Notes under the pieces: model-generated
What the model was told of the DNA's origin: nothing
Database searches by the model: none
Seen by the model: the letters and a program-made list of their open reading frames with translations, nothing else
Made by a program: the position numbers and the translations under genes
Origin: a virus
Strand: one strand, 5' to 3'
DNA length: 56,846 nt
Virus record (IMG/VR): IMGVR_UViG_3300045988_088058
Span: 1-56,846 of that record
Part shown: piece by piece, positions 8,877 to 19,300 of the stretch
How positions within the stretch are numbered: the stretch's first letter is position 1
Layout: every line of letters begins with the position of its first letter

Positions 8877-9217
8877 TAGTTCTCCAATCCATGTTCTGCT
8901 TTAAATGCTCTTGCATCTTCTCTAATTGACTCTCGGTCAGTTTTCCCTACAAGAGTTCGAGTGTAGAATGCTAAGTCACCTCGCATTAAGTTATCCCTAA
9001 AGCGTCTCAACTTATTAACTCCTTCGTCATCCCAGTAACGTGACCCGCGATTGTCAAGGTCTGTTCTAGGATTTGGAAGAACGAACGGAAAATGAATGTT
9101 ATTTTCCTCAGCATATTCTTTTGCTTCGTACCATACATTAATCGTAGAGAGAGACCGGTTCAACATTTGACAGACCTCTCCTACTTTATACCAATTTTTA
9201 TCTTCTGCGAATTTCAT
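8876..9217 (-). CDS. MerR/excisionase-type HTH DNA-binding protein
   Basis: 113 aa; N-terminal YKVGEVCQMLNRSLSTINVW helix-turn-helix. Confidence 0.5.
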   Translation of the reverse strand: MKFAEDKNWYKVGEVCQMLNRSLSTINVWYEAKEYAEENNIHFPFVLPNPRTDLDNRGSRYWDDEGVNKLRRFRDNLMRGDLAFYTRTLVGKTDRESIREDARAFKAEHGLEN

Positions 9218-9428
9218 CTAAATACCTTTCAATTATTTTGCATTGCTCCTTGTTGAGCAGTTTGTCAAGTTTTAAAATTCTAGTTGCCAGATTTTCTGGA
9301 ATTTGAAGAAGCTCTGCCAGCTCTTTAGGTGACATATTCAGCTCTTGAGCCAGCTCTAGTGCAGTTTTCCTTCCGTTCCTGTCAGGCTTCCTTTTAGTGT
9401 CTTTCCTTAATATGGAGATAGTTTTCAT
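9198..9428 (-). CDS. Small HTH DNA-binding protein
   Basis: Start moved to ATG (MKTISILRK), because track start 9461 is TTG inside the SNF2 gene; HTH LAQELNMSPKELAELLQI. Confidence 0.5.
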   Translation of the reverse strand: MKTISILRKDTKRKPDRNGRKTALELAQELNMSPKELAELLQIPENLATRILKLDKLLNKEQCKIIERYLDEIRRR

Positions 9429-9429
9429 T

Positions 9430-11121
9430 CTATTTAAGCAGAATATCGAAAAGGTTACCAATCTTAGACTTCATTGGCTTACCGTCTACGATATAATCTG
9501 CAAGCTCTCCTTTCGATTCAATTAGGTCTTCTATACGCTCGTCGACTGTCCCTTTTGCAACTAGGGTATAAATTGTGACAGTATTCTTTGCGCCAATTCT
9601 ATGACACCTGTCCTCCGCCTGGTCCTTTTCAGCTCTAGTCCAAGGACTGTCTAGGAAAATAACGGTATCAGCTTTCGTCAAAGTGAACCCTGTCCCTAGC
9701 GCTCCAATAGTTCCAAGAATGACTGAAGGTTTTTCGTAGTTCATAAAATCTTCGATTTCTTTGAATTTGTCTTCCGTTGCTCCTGTCACTAAATTACATT
9801 TGACTTTTTTCGAAAGAAATTGGGTAAGCGGTTCGATAACCTTTTCCCAGTTGCTGAAAATTACGCAGGACTTTTCCTGCTGTATGCATTCTTCTACAAG
9901 TTCAATGCACCTTTCAAACTTGCTAGATTTTACATCTTGCGTGGTAAGAATTGAAGGATTTCCAGTAGCTTGTCTCAATCGAATTGTCTCGGACAAAGGG
10001 TTTGGCATGAGCTTTACCTTATCAATTTCTTCGACAAGTTTAGTCAAAACTTCCTTATAGATTTTTGACTGTTTCGAGTTCATGTCGACATATTCAGTGA
10101 CTCGAATCTTTTCAGGCAAGTCTAGAACTTCTTCCTTTGTTCTTCGAAGCATGTATTCATTCACAAGGTCGCGAAGTTCATTCAGGTTTCTATACCCTGT
10201 TATCTGGTTGAACTGGTCGACGATACAGTACCGCTCTTTGAACTGAGTCAAGGTATGATGTTCCGCTCCTAGCCATTTCATGACATTGAATACATCTATA
10301 GGATTATTCATTAAAGGAGTTCCTGTAAGGCCCATCTTGTAGTAACTCTGGAGCTTTTGAATTGAAGCCCCTTGCTTACTTGAAGGATTCTTACACTTGT
10401 GAATCTCGTCAATGATAACCATTCCAATTTCTCCGCTCTTTGTTAGTTCATTCAAGTATTTAATGAAGACAGCATCGCGAAGAGTCTCAACGTTGGTTAT
10501 AAGGAAAAATTCATCGTGGTCTGTAAGAAGGTCATCAGCTCGTTTAGAAACTCCGTCAATCACTAATTTTCCATCTTTGGTGACGCGACTTCCTAAAATA
10601 TGAGCAGATTCATTTGAGTGAACGCCTACTTCTTTTGCCCAATTCCATTTTAGACCGGATATGCAGCATACTATCAAACAGTGCTTGAAACTAGACTTTC
10701 TGCTAACAGCAATATCAATTGCCTGTTTAGTTTTTCCTAATCCTTGCTCGTCGCCTAAAAGGAAACACGGATGGTCTTTTGCATATTCGAAACATTCAAC
10801 CTGATGAGCGAAAGGAACAGTTTTGAATGAAAACTGGTCATTGCTCGAAGACGCGATTTCATTGCGCGAGTTGATATAGTTTTGAATGTCCTTGTCAAGC
10901 TCTCCGAATATATGAAGCTCCCATTCATCTAAGGCGTCTAAAACATTGTTGAAATAACGATAAGGAATTTCGAAATTATTAGAAGCCGTCTCAACAACTT
11001 TGGGCAAGCTAGATATCTTATCTGCCATTCTTATTGCATCTTCGTCAGTGCTTGCCCAAGTTTCAATGAAGATAGTTCGACCACGTCTTTCTTTTGAGCG
11101 TGCTATAACTATTTCAATCAT
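9430..11121 (-). CDS. SNF2-family DNA-dependent ATPase/helicase
   Basis: 563 aa; motif I DEQGLGKT, motif II DEIH, motif III LTGTP, motif VI QAEDRCHRIG. Confidence 0.88.
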   Translation of the reverse strand: MIEIVIARSKERRGRTIFIETWASTDEDAIRMADKISSLPKVVETASNNFEIPYRYFNNVLDALDEWELHIFGELDKDIQNYINSRNEIASSSNDQFSFKTVPFAHQVECFEYAKDHPCFLLGDEQGLGKTKQAIDIAVSRKSSFKHCLIVCCISGLKWNWAKEVGVHSNESAHILGSRVTKDGKLVIDGVSKRADDLLTDHDEFFLITNVETLRDAVFIKYLNELTKSGEIGMVIIDEIHKCKNPSSKQGASIQKLQSYYKMGLTGTPLMNNPIDVFNVMKWLGAEHHTLTQFKERYCIVDQFNQITGYRNLNELRDLVNEYMLRRTKEEVLDLPEKIRVTEYVDMNSKQSKIYKEVLTKLVEEIDKVKLMPNPLSETIRLRQATGNPSILTTQDVKSSKFERCIELVEECIQQEKSCVIFSNWEKVIEPLTQFLSKKVKCNLVTGATEDKFKEIEDFMNYEKPSVILGTIGALGTGFTLTKADTVIFLDSPWTRAEKDQAEDRCHRIGAKNTVTIYTLVAKGTVDERIEDLIESKGELADYIVDGKPMKSKIGNLFDILLK

Positions 11122-11789
11122 AGTGAGGAAAGGTGAGAAGCTTCAATAAGCTCCATTGCGGTGTCGAGGTCAGACTCTGTGACAATTTTGAAAATTCCGT
11201 CAATTGCCCATTCGTACGATGCAGGAGCGATTGATGCAAGAAGTTTTTTCTGATCTTCTGTCAACCCTTTTGCACGAATTCCGATTGAAACACCTTTTCG
11301 AGTTTCTTCGATAGTAACGAAGTTCTTCTTAGTTCGGTAGGCGATGTAAGACTGAGTCACGATTCGATTGCTTGCAGGAAATGCTTCAGCAATTCGATTT
11401 TCAAGAGTTTTAGTGATAGCCATAACGCTCTCTTTTTTAGGAGCAGGTTTTCGAACAGTTGACTTTTCACTAATAGAGCCGACTTCTTCCGGCTGTTCTT
11501 TAACTTCAGGAATTTCTTCTTTAATAGCTTCCTTCTTAGTCTTAGGTACTACTCTACCTTTTCGAGCAGGTCGAGCAACTGCAGGAGCAGGTTTCTTTTC
11601 CTCACCCTCTGCTGTGTACCAACGTTCGATAGTTGAAGCGGATAAAGTAGTAACTGCGTCATCTACTAAAGATTTTAGCTCGGCTTTCTTCTCGTCCGCT
11701 TTAATTGAAACGACTTCGAATTGAGTAGAAGTTTTCTTACTTAAAATGATGCTTCCTTCTGTAAGCTCGCTGAATTTAATTTTTGACAT
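11118..11789 (-). CDS. Hypothetical protein with central basic PA/K-rich linker
   Basis: Start moved to MSKIKF with SD GAGGAGG; the longer track ORF runs through the promoter. Confidence 0.6.
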   Translation of the reverse strand: MSKIKFSELTEGSIILSKKTSTQFEVVSIKADEKKAELKSLVDDAVTTLSASTIERWYTAEGEEKKPAPAVARPARKGRVVPKTKKEAIKEEIPEVKEQPEEVGSISEKSTVRKPAPKKESVMAITKTLENRIAEAFPASNRIVTQSYIAYRTKKNFVTIEETRKGVSIGIRAKGLTEDQKKLLASIAPASYEWAIDGIFKIVTESDLDTAMELIEASHLSSL

Positions 11790-11831
11790 AATGTCCTCCT
11801 CGCCTTTCGGCTTTTTTATTTTTATAATTGT

Positions 11832-11887
11832 ATTATACAATAATGAATGAATAAAGTCAAGCACTTTTTGTAAAAAAGTTGAACTTT
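11832..11887 (-). promoter_or_regulatory. Early promoter cassette copy (TTGACT-17-TATAAT) with upstream palindromic box
   Basis: -10 at 11832-11837, -35 at 11855-11860, box AAAAGTTGAACTTT at 11874-11887; one of six copies. Confidence 0.75.
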
Positions 11888-11923
11888 AAAAAAAATAAAA
11901 ACACCCTACAGATTTGCAGGGTG
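11884..11923 (-). terminator. Rho-independent terminator ending the late/lysis transcript
   Basis: Minus strand CACCCTGCAAATCTGTAGGGTG followed by TTTTTATTTTTTTT. Confidence 0.8.
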
Positions 11924-12053
11924 GAAAGGGTCATATCAACCAACGTGTTGACAGTTTTATTATAAGAAAATGTTTTTAATAAGTAAATAGAGTAATATAT
12001 GACACAAAATCCCGCAAGGTTTGAACCATACGGGATTGAGAGATACATTTTAG

Positions 12054-12076
12054 AAAAGAGACTCCTCCTCTCTTTT
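12054..12076 (-). terminator. Weak AT-rich hairpin at the stop of ORF 12076..12441
   Basis: AAAAGAGA-ggaggag-TCTCTTTT; the U-tract is part of the stem. Confidence 0.3.
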
Positions 12077-12441
12077 TATAGATGCCAGTCCTCTGGCGAT
12101 ACAAGGTAGGTCGTATGGCCTACAAGGTCAATCTTAGTTCCAGGAGCAGGCATACCTACTGCGTTCACTAAAACATTTCCGCTTTCCAAAATAATGTAAT
12201 CAAGTTTTGCATTAGGCAAAATTTGACCATTTCGTAGAACTGCGCAAGAGATAAGCACGTTGTGCATAGGTCGAAAACCTTCTACGATTTTACGTCCGAT
12301 AGCATAGGTACCATTCTTATACGCTGTTCCTTGAGTGTTCAAGAATGCGTAGCACTCACCCTCTTCATTTCGTTGAAGGTAAATCTTTTCGCCGTTCAAT
12401 AGTTTGAAGTTTCCTTCAGCGTTTTCACTTACTTTCGACAT
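12076..12441 (-). CDS. Hypothetical protein downstream of the lysin
   Basis: 121 aa; overlaps lysin stop by 17 nt; last gene of the late unit. Confidence 0.55.
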   Translation of the reverse strand: MSKVSENAEGNFKLLNGEKIYLQRNEEGECYAFLNTQGTAYKNGTYAIGRKIVEGFRPMHNVLISCAVLRNGQILPNAKLDYIILESGNVLVNAVGMPAPGTKIDLVGHTTYLVSPEDWHL

Positions 12442-13339
12442 TTGACTCTCCTTGTCTAGTTGTGATAAGTCCGTCAGGTTCTACCCTGAATGCTTCTTTG
12501 TCGGCCATACGTCCGTCTTCTAATAGCATGTAGTAACCGCCATTATATGGAACGAATGTACTTGACTTCATGTCCCCGTTGGTAGCATCACAATAATACC
12601 AGTTATCGTAATACTTGATCCAGCCGGTTTGCATTGAACCGTCGCGGTTGAAGTAGTACCATACTCCAGCGATGCGCTTCCATGACGTAGCCATGTAGCC
12701 ATCTTTATCAAACCAATACCATTTACCATCGGTATGTTTGAGCCATTTTTCGGAGTACATATAGCCTGACTCGTCAAAGTAGAACCACGATTTATTGTCT
12801 TCGATATATTCGAACTGACCTTTTGGATAAGTTCCATTAGGGCGAACGTACCAAAAACCAGTGTCGTCCTTTTGCCAACCACGTTTAGGTTCAGCGGCTT
12901 GCTTGCCTGCATTAGTTAAACGATAAACGTAGAAATAAGGACGACCAGCAGCGAGCCAGCGTTCATCGTGGTCATTTACGGAGATCCCGTCATACGCCCA
13001 ATTACAGTGAATGATATTATCACTGTCAATGAACATACCTGTATGACCACCTGCACCAGATGAATACCCTTTACGGCCCCAGATGAAGATATCTCCACGT
13101 TGGGCGTCCCAAGGTTGGTTCTCACTAATTAGTTCATAACCGTTCTTTTCGAGCCAACCATGCTCGTATTCGGTATTGACTGCCCATCCTGCTGAGACGG
13201 CACCGCCGCTTAGCAAAGCATAGTAGATAGCACTTGAACAGTCATAAGAGTCTGGACCGTTTCGGTAGTCCATGCTATAAGATACTTGCCCCTTGCGGGC
13301 TTGCATCCAAGCAATACCTTCATCAATATTTACTCCCAT
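12425..13339 (-). CDS. pal: Endolysin: N-acetylmuramoyl-L-alanine amidase (Amidase_5-like) plus choline-binding repeats, Pal-like
   Basis: 304 aa; N-terminus close to my memory of Dp-1 Pal; C-terminal GW/YF repeats ([43 protein letters not shown]). Confidence 0.9.
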   Translation of the reverse strand: MGVNIDEGIAWMQARKGQVSYSMDYRNGPDSYDCSSAIYYALLSGGAVSAGWAVNTEYEHGWLEKNGYELISENQPWDAQRGDIFIWGRKGYSSGAGGHTGMFIDSDNIIHCNWAYDGISVNDHDERWLAAGRPYFYVYRLTNAGKQAAEPKRGWQKDDTGFWYVRPNGTYPKGQFEYIEDNKSWFYFDESGYMYSEKWLKHTDGKWYWFDKDGYMATSWKRIAGVWYYFNRDGSMQTGWIKYYDNWYYCDATNGDMKSSTFVPYNGGYYMLLEDGRMADKEAFRVEPDGLITTRQGESNVESK

Positions 13340-13569
13340 TAGGCCTCCTGATCGTTTTCAGCTGCGGCTTCCTGTTCCTTTTGGTAGTTCTTGCTAGAAA
13401 CACCAAGGACAGTACCTGCGAAGGTAGCCACAAGAGCAATCGTTCCAGTGATAGCGTCTGTATCAAATTTATACAGAATACCCAAACCAGTAATCAGTGC
13501 AATCGCTGCTGGGACTACTACGGTTACGGTGCGTTTCGCTACGTCGTATTGTTCGTTAGATAGCTTCAT
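13339..13569 (-). CDS. Holin
   Basis: 76 aa; two hydrophobic helices and a charged C-tail; immediately upstream of the lysin (ATG/stop overlap). Confidence 0.7.
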   Translation of the reverse strand: MKLSNEQYDVAKRTVTVVVPAAIALITGLGILYKFDTDAITGTIALVATFAGTVLGVSSKNYQKEQEAAAENDQEA

Positions 13570-13990
13570 TTATATCCTCATCCTCTCTAATTGGTAACTC
13601 CTTGTATTTATCAAACAAGGCTTCGACTTCACCATTACCTCCGAGATTTTTATAACTTTCGAACAAAATAGACAATTCTCTAAAGTGGTCTAAAGTTGTA
13701 TATCCTCGCATGACCTCGCGTTTTAGGTCGTGATAAAGACGGTAACGTTGAATCTTCCTAGTTCCGTCTTGTATGACGTCATTTTGGTGATTGATTGCTA
13801 CTGTCGTTTGGTCGATCCCGTCGACTTGTTGTTTTAGAGTGCTAAGGGTACTAGAGATATCCTCTAATACCTCTTTAGCTTTATTCGATTTCCATTCGAA
13901 TAACTTGTTCAACAGGACAGTAAGCACTCCGCTACACGCTGTGATAATTGTCGTTAGGACGGCCGTGTCTTTTAGCCACATTGGTATCAT
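13556..13990 (-). CDS. Membrane-anchored coiled-coil protein of the lysis cassette (second holin-like)
   Basis: 144 aa; single N-terminal TM (AVLTTIITACSGVLTVLL) then helical region. Confidence 0.4.
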   Translation of the reverse strand: MIPMWLKDTAVLTTIITACSGVLTVLLNKLFEWKSNKAKEVLEDISSTLSTLKQQVDGIDQTTVAINHQNDVIQDGTRKIQRYRLYHDLKREVMRGYTTLDHFRELSILFESYKNLGGNGEVEALFDKYKELPIREDEDINEAI

Positions 13991-14001
13991 CCTAACCCTC
14001 C

Positions 14002-14271
14002 TTATCCAGCGGCTCCAGCTTCTTCAGTCTTAGACTGTTCAGCTAAAATTTCATCTTCGATTGCGTACCGAGCTTCACGCAATTTTTGTTCGTCGCCTCG
14101 AAGTTCTCCGCGGTTAGCAGCGTATAGATCTGCGTCGTGCATTGTCTCGGATACTTGCGAAACGGCGTTGGCGTCAATATTGATAATTGTAGTTTTAACA
14201 ATTTTCTTTTCACCGCCTTGGGCTACGGAAAACTCAGCTACAATTTGTCGCGTCTTTGTAAGTTCTAACAT
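14002..14271 (-). CDS. Hypothetical small acidic protein
   Basis: 89 aa; lies between the fibre and lysis genes. Confidence 0.5.
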   Translation of the reverse strand: MLELTKTRQIVAEFSVAQGGEKKIVKTTIINIDANAVSQVSETMHDADLYAANRGELRGDEQKLREARYAIEDEILAEQSKTEEAGAAG

Positions 14272-14321
14272 CTTTAGTCACCTCCTTTCTATGAATTATT
14301 ATAACATGATTTCATTCTAAT

Positions 14322-16379
14322 TTAAATACGAAAACTGATATTATCTAAATTTAACCATTTATTATCTACCTGAGATTTTACCACTAATCGCCCATCGGGA
14401 TATACTCCTAAAATAGCATTTCCGTAGTCGTTATTCAGCGCTTGTAGATACATTGAACTTCGAGGTCTAAATCCTTCGGGAAGCATTGCGATAGTAGTCT
14501 CGGAACTGGTTGAACCTTTCCATACATTACCTTTTAGATAAACGATTCCATCAATGGACTTGGTGTAAAAGGCGTCCCCATAGTTTGTATAGTGGTTCCA
14601 GCCGTTTTGAAGAACTAATTTTTGCCAGCTATACTGTTCCATGTCCTGTTTAAATAAGAACTCCTTCCAGTTACCCGGTCTCCATCTACCGCCGTCATTT
14701 GCCGTGCGTAGAAACATTCTCCCGGACATTGCAGCGAAGAACTGAACCATTTTCCAGCTATCTAACCAGAAATTTTGAAATAGTCCCCACTCACCTCGCG
14801 TTCCTGTAGGATTGTCTTCGTATTTGTTACTTCGCCATGCAAACTCTGTAGCACGTTTGTTCCATACGTCGTTATGCTGACCAGCGTTCAATGCTCCATC
14901 TGGATTAGTGAGACGATGCTGCTGGATCTGTTGTCCGCGAGCGTAGATATCACCTCCGGCGTAGATGTTACCCCTTGCGTCAATAGAGCCGGGTGTTCCT
15001 TGTTCTACAATCTTACCAACTCCTAGCCGTCCGTCCTTGTCATAGTGTAGGACTACTGATTCAGTTGCTACCGTAGCACTAAATTCAGTTGACGTGAACC
15101 TGTCTTGGATTTTAGCTTTAACTATATAAGACTTATCTGGTCCGTAAGTACCAGCTAAATTAGCCGAGGAGTTAGTCAGCAGGGATATAGTAGTGAACGT
15201 CCCAGACGCTGAACCTCTATCTTCTACAAAGTTAGTAGAGTTCAGGGGTGCCACGGAGAAGGTAATTTGCATGATATTTTTCTGCGTACCTCCTACCGTT
15301 ATAGGTGCGACCTTAGCATTTCGAAGAGCTTGAATAATGGCAGGATTTTGACGAGTACGTTGAACGGAAAAATTGATAGACGGACCATAGTATTCAATGA
15401 CATTGATTTGAACATTTTGGACGTTCGATTGTTTTCCTCGCGTATCCGTTACCCAAGCTCTTACGGTAGCTGAACCATTAAAGTTCATCATCCCTAACTT
15501 ACCGCCGTTTTCATTGACCGCTAAGTTCTTACCAACGAGTTCGGCGTGAAATGCTTGGATAGTGGAGCCGTAGGCGCCGGAAGCATTGTTGAAGTTGACT
15601 TGAATGTTCGACATAATTTGAAGGAAGTTGTTACCTGTCAAAATTTGTCGAACCGCTGAACTAGTTTCTACTAAAGAAACTCCGGAAAAAGTAGGTCTTA
15701 CTGAATCAGGAATATTGAACTTCCATCCATTAGAATAGAAGTCACTGCCAATTTGCGTCGTACCGTTATAGGTTCGAATACAGATGTCCATAACTCCGGA
15801 ACTGGATTTAGGTAAGTATCTTGCTAAGTCCAGTGAAGGAGTGAAGGAAACGCTAGTAGTATGGTTCTTACCTAAATCAATCCAATCACTACCGAAAACT
15901 CGGTACCAAACTTGATGCGTAAATGAGTTCACTTTTCGATTGAAAATAATCGTATGTAAAGATCCTAGATCGCGATTTCCTTCAAAACTTGAAATCTGTG
16001 TAGACCTTGGAATAGCGTCCAAGGTGTAATTAGTAGAGATAGTGATATTTCCGTGAACGCCGTTATTCGGGTCAAAGGAAGCCCAAACAGACATCGTCTT
16101 AGTCCCGTCACTATTGTGAGGAACGGTCACTTCTCCACTTGCAAGCGTTACCTCTTCGCCGGACGTATCGTAGTCAGGGTGACTGCTATGAACACTTGAA
16201 CCATTTAACCATACGGAAAGGTTACTGATATTTCCGTAAGTCCATGTTCGATAAGCTCCGTCGCGGTCAATAGTAGCACGCCACCTAACCTTTGAAGAGT
16301 TATTAGTGACGTCCTGACTAATTTGGTCGACGTAAAGATTTAAGTGAAGAGGTCCATATGAGTTGATAAATTTTGTCAT
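14322..16379 (-). CDS. Tail fibre / receptor-binding protein (DUF859-like N-terminus)
   Basis: 685 aa; N-terminal pattern typical of siphovirus DUF859; last large tail gene. Confidence 0.55.
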   Translation of the reverse strand: MTKFINSYGPLHLNLYVDQISQDVTNNSSKVRWRATIDRDGAYRTWTYGNISNLSVWLNGSSVHSSHPDYDTSGEEVTLASGEVTVPHNSDGTKTMSVWASFDPNNGVHGNITISTNYTLDAIPRSTQISSFEGNRDLGSLHTIIFNRKVNSFTHQVWYRVFGSDWIDLGKNHTTSVSFTPSLDLARYLPKSSSGVMDICIRTYNGTTQIGSDFYSNGWKFNIPDSVRPTFSGVSLVETSSAVRQILTGNNFLQIMSNIQVNFNNASGAYGSTIQAFHAELVGKNLAVNENGGKLGMMNFNGSATVRAWVTDTRGKQSNVQNVQINVIEYYGPSINFSVQRTRQNPAIIQALRNAKVAPITVGGTQKNIMQITFSVAPLNSTNFVEDRGSASGTFTTISLLTNSSANLAGTYGPDKSYIVKAKIQDRFTSTEFSATVATESVVLHYDKDGRLGVGKIVEQGTPGSIDARGNIYAGGDIYARGQQIQQHRLTNPDGALNAGQHNDVWNKRATEFAWRSNKYEDNPTGTRGEWGLFQNFWLDSWKMVQFFAAMSGRMFLRTANDGGRWRPGNWKEFLFKQDMEQYSWQKLVLQNGWNHYTNYGDAFYTKSIDGIVYLKGNVWKGSTSSETTIAMLPEGFRPRSSMYLQALNNDYGNAILGVYPDGRLVVKSQVDNKWLNLDNISFRI

Positions 16380-16389
16380 TTCCTTCTCC

Positions 16390-19300
16390 TTATCCTACAT
16401 ACCGGATCACGTTCATGTCCGGATTAAAAGAGTATTGTTCGGTTCTAAAACGGCCGACTTGAATGGATTGGGTAAAGATCCCGTTATCGATGTGAATAAC
16501 CCCTTGGGTAAGGTACATGACTTCCTTACCTGCAGAGAACATAGATATTCGATCACTTGATACCTTAATGGTAGAGCTACCGTCGTTTTTACCGATAATC
16601 AATCCTTCATTAGAAGAGCTCATATAACTGTCGACGAACTTTTTCAGTTCTCGTAACCCGCCAAGTTCTTGGATAGTAGCTTCAATTCGACTTGCGGCTA
16701 AGATTAGGTCGGCTTCGGATTTTTTAATAGCTTCTTCATTAGCTTTCATTCGACCTTCATAAGCCTTTTCTAAGTTACTTAGCTGTTCCATGGTTGCCTT
16801 AGCTTTCAGTTCTGCGTCATGTAACTGAGTTTTTTCAGTTAAGGCTAGCAACTGTTGATCCGTTAGCTTTTGGTTAGCTTTCTCGTCTAACTGAGATTGA
16901 ATATCTTCTACGGCTAAAGACCAGTCCGTTGGTACGTTACCGAGTTCTAATTTCATGCCGCAGATTTCGATATTACCTGGACCGTTTTGACCGAACTGAA
17001 TACCGTTGTTTTCCGTGTCCGCGGTAAATGATAGACTGTATTTGACCCAATTCTTGTTACGGATAGTCTTAAAGAGTACCCTGTTAGTGTCGTTCACTGT
17101 CCAAGCTCTCATTAGTAAGTTCACGGTATCCTTTTCACTTGTAGAGCTTACACGAGCCCAGCAGGATACGGTATAACGTTGACCTATAATAAGTTTAACG
17201 TTTTGACCTAAATCCTTGTTACCGCCATTCGTGTTGTTCTTAACTCTAATACCTTTTAGGATCCCAGGTACTGGATAATTGTCCAAGGTTAAAACTTCCG
17301 CGGTTCCGTTACCTCCAGACCGGATGCTCCAAGTAGGACTGACTCCGTCCTTGATAGGTAGTGTAGCAGTATTTCGAAGTAAGTTTTGTGAACCGACTTG
17401 AACATTAGCAAGACGGTCAAACCATTTATACTTAGTTCGGTCGGTACTGTCAGCTTGTGTATAATCGGAGTAATAACCCATATATTGTTGATTACGGTCT
17501 TCTAAACTGAACTCACGTGACCCGTCTGCGCTCGATGCGTAAGCTATATGGAAATAATTCGTCTTACCGTCTGCACCTGGCTTCCCTGGTATCCCTTGCG
17601 CTCCGTCATTACCCTTCCACTTCGTCCAGCGATAAGCTGCAGGGTCTTTTGAATGTTCTGGATTAAAATCCTGATACTGCCCAATGTAAGCTCGCCCTTG
17701 ATCCGTGTGACTAAATCCTTCACCATTAGGACTATCCGAGAACGCGATATGGGTATATTGCGAACGCCCATCACGTCCAGTAGGTCCAGGAATACCTTGT
17801 AACCCTTGCGGACCTTGTAACCCTTGTAGACCTCTTGGACCCGTTTCGCCGATTTTAGATACGGAATAACCAGTCTCGTTCGTGTTGTCTGTGTACGTCC
17901 AAACAGTCTTTGTCCAAAGGAAAAAGCCGGGTTGAACGTTTGGAATGTTCGAAGTCCAGTTCGTTGTAGGTGGAACAGTCCCAGAGGTAGAACCTGCATA
18001 GGTAATCGTCGTAGACTTGATCCCAACTCCATCCTTACCCGCTATACCATCACGTCCATTATTTCCGTCGCGTGGAATATAGGTCTTTTGGTAGCCAGTT
18101 TCATTAGTGTTGTCCGTGTAGGTCCAAATGGTTCGAGTCCATAGGTACTGACCTTTTATAAGCGCAGGAACTTGACTTGTCCAAGATCCAGGTTGAACAG
18201 TATCATTCATACTAATACCGTACATCACTGAAGTATTTTTTAGTCCTAGTCCGTTCTTACCTGGAACTCCATCACGTCCTGGATCTCCTTTAGCTCCGTC
18301 CTGTCCATTACGAGATACTGAATATCCCGTTTCGGTAGTTTTGTCCGTATAGCGCCAGGTTGTCTTCGTCCAAAGATAATGTCCTTGAGGGACAGTAGGG
18401 ACTTGAGTTGACCAACCTCCAGCAGGCGCAATAGTCGCGGAGTTCGAACTTGCGTACATAATTTCAGTAGCAGCTATACCGACTCCGTCTTTACCTGCGA
18501 TACCGTCTTTACCAGTGTTCCCATCTTGTCCAATATAGGCAACTGAATATCCAGTTTCATGCGCTCCGTCAGTATATCGCCAAAAGGTTTTCGTCCACAA
18601 GAAGCGTCCTTTGATTAGTTCAGGAACTTGTTCACTCCAACCACTTTCAGGCTCCTGCGTACCGGAGACGGACACGGCATAGGTAATCGAAGTATCTGCT
18701 ATACCTACTCCGTTCTTCCCTGCAACTCCGTCCACGCCGTCGCGTCCTGGAGTTCCTTGTTCTCCCTGAGGACCTTCCGGTCCTTGTAACTTAACCCAAG
18801 TGAAGTCGTCTGGGACAAGTTCATTAGGGTGTTTGGTTGTCGAAATAACCCCGATATACTTCCCGGATTCGGCGTTGAAGTTAGTTCCTAAGATATCGTC
18901 TGCGTACCTAATAACGACATGGGACTCCGTTTCAAGCTCTCCAGCTAATACACCCTCGCCGTCTTCGTTCAGTAAGTCCATCAAGTCCCGTCTTGGATCT
19001 TGGAACGTCAAAACAGACTGAGATAGGTCGTCATAGTCGATTTTTCGAGAAGAAATCTTGCGCCATTCGATAACACTATAATGGTCATCGACAATCAATT
19101 GAGTGTGATGTAGGTCGGGGATCTTTTTATACAAGACCGCTGAAGCCTCATACCCAATCAAAGGGCGACAGTAAATATCCAAGTAAGCCCTAGCAGCACT
19201 CATTAGATTTTCCTTAATCTTAAAACGTTCATCGCTTTTAGACTTTGCAATGTAGCGAGGACGCATTTGACGTGCAGTAAACCACGAGACGTCAATAAGG

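Noticed and set aside
11857-12048. Minus-strand 63-aa ORF
   Set aside because: It spans a strong terminator and the -35 of an early promoter, its sequence is low-complexity and hydrophobic, and it has no SD.
17544-18032. 162-aa minus-strand ORF inside the Tal gene
   Set aside because: It is an alternative frame of the collagen-like repeat DNA; G-X-Y coding repeats keep other frames open.
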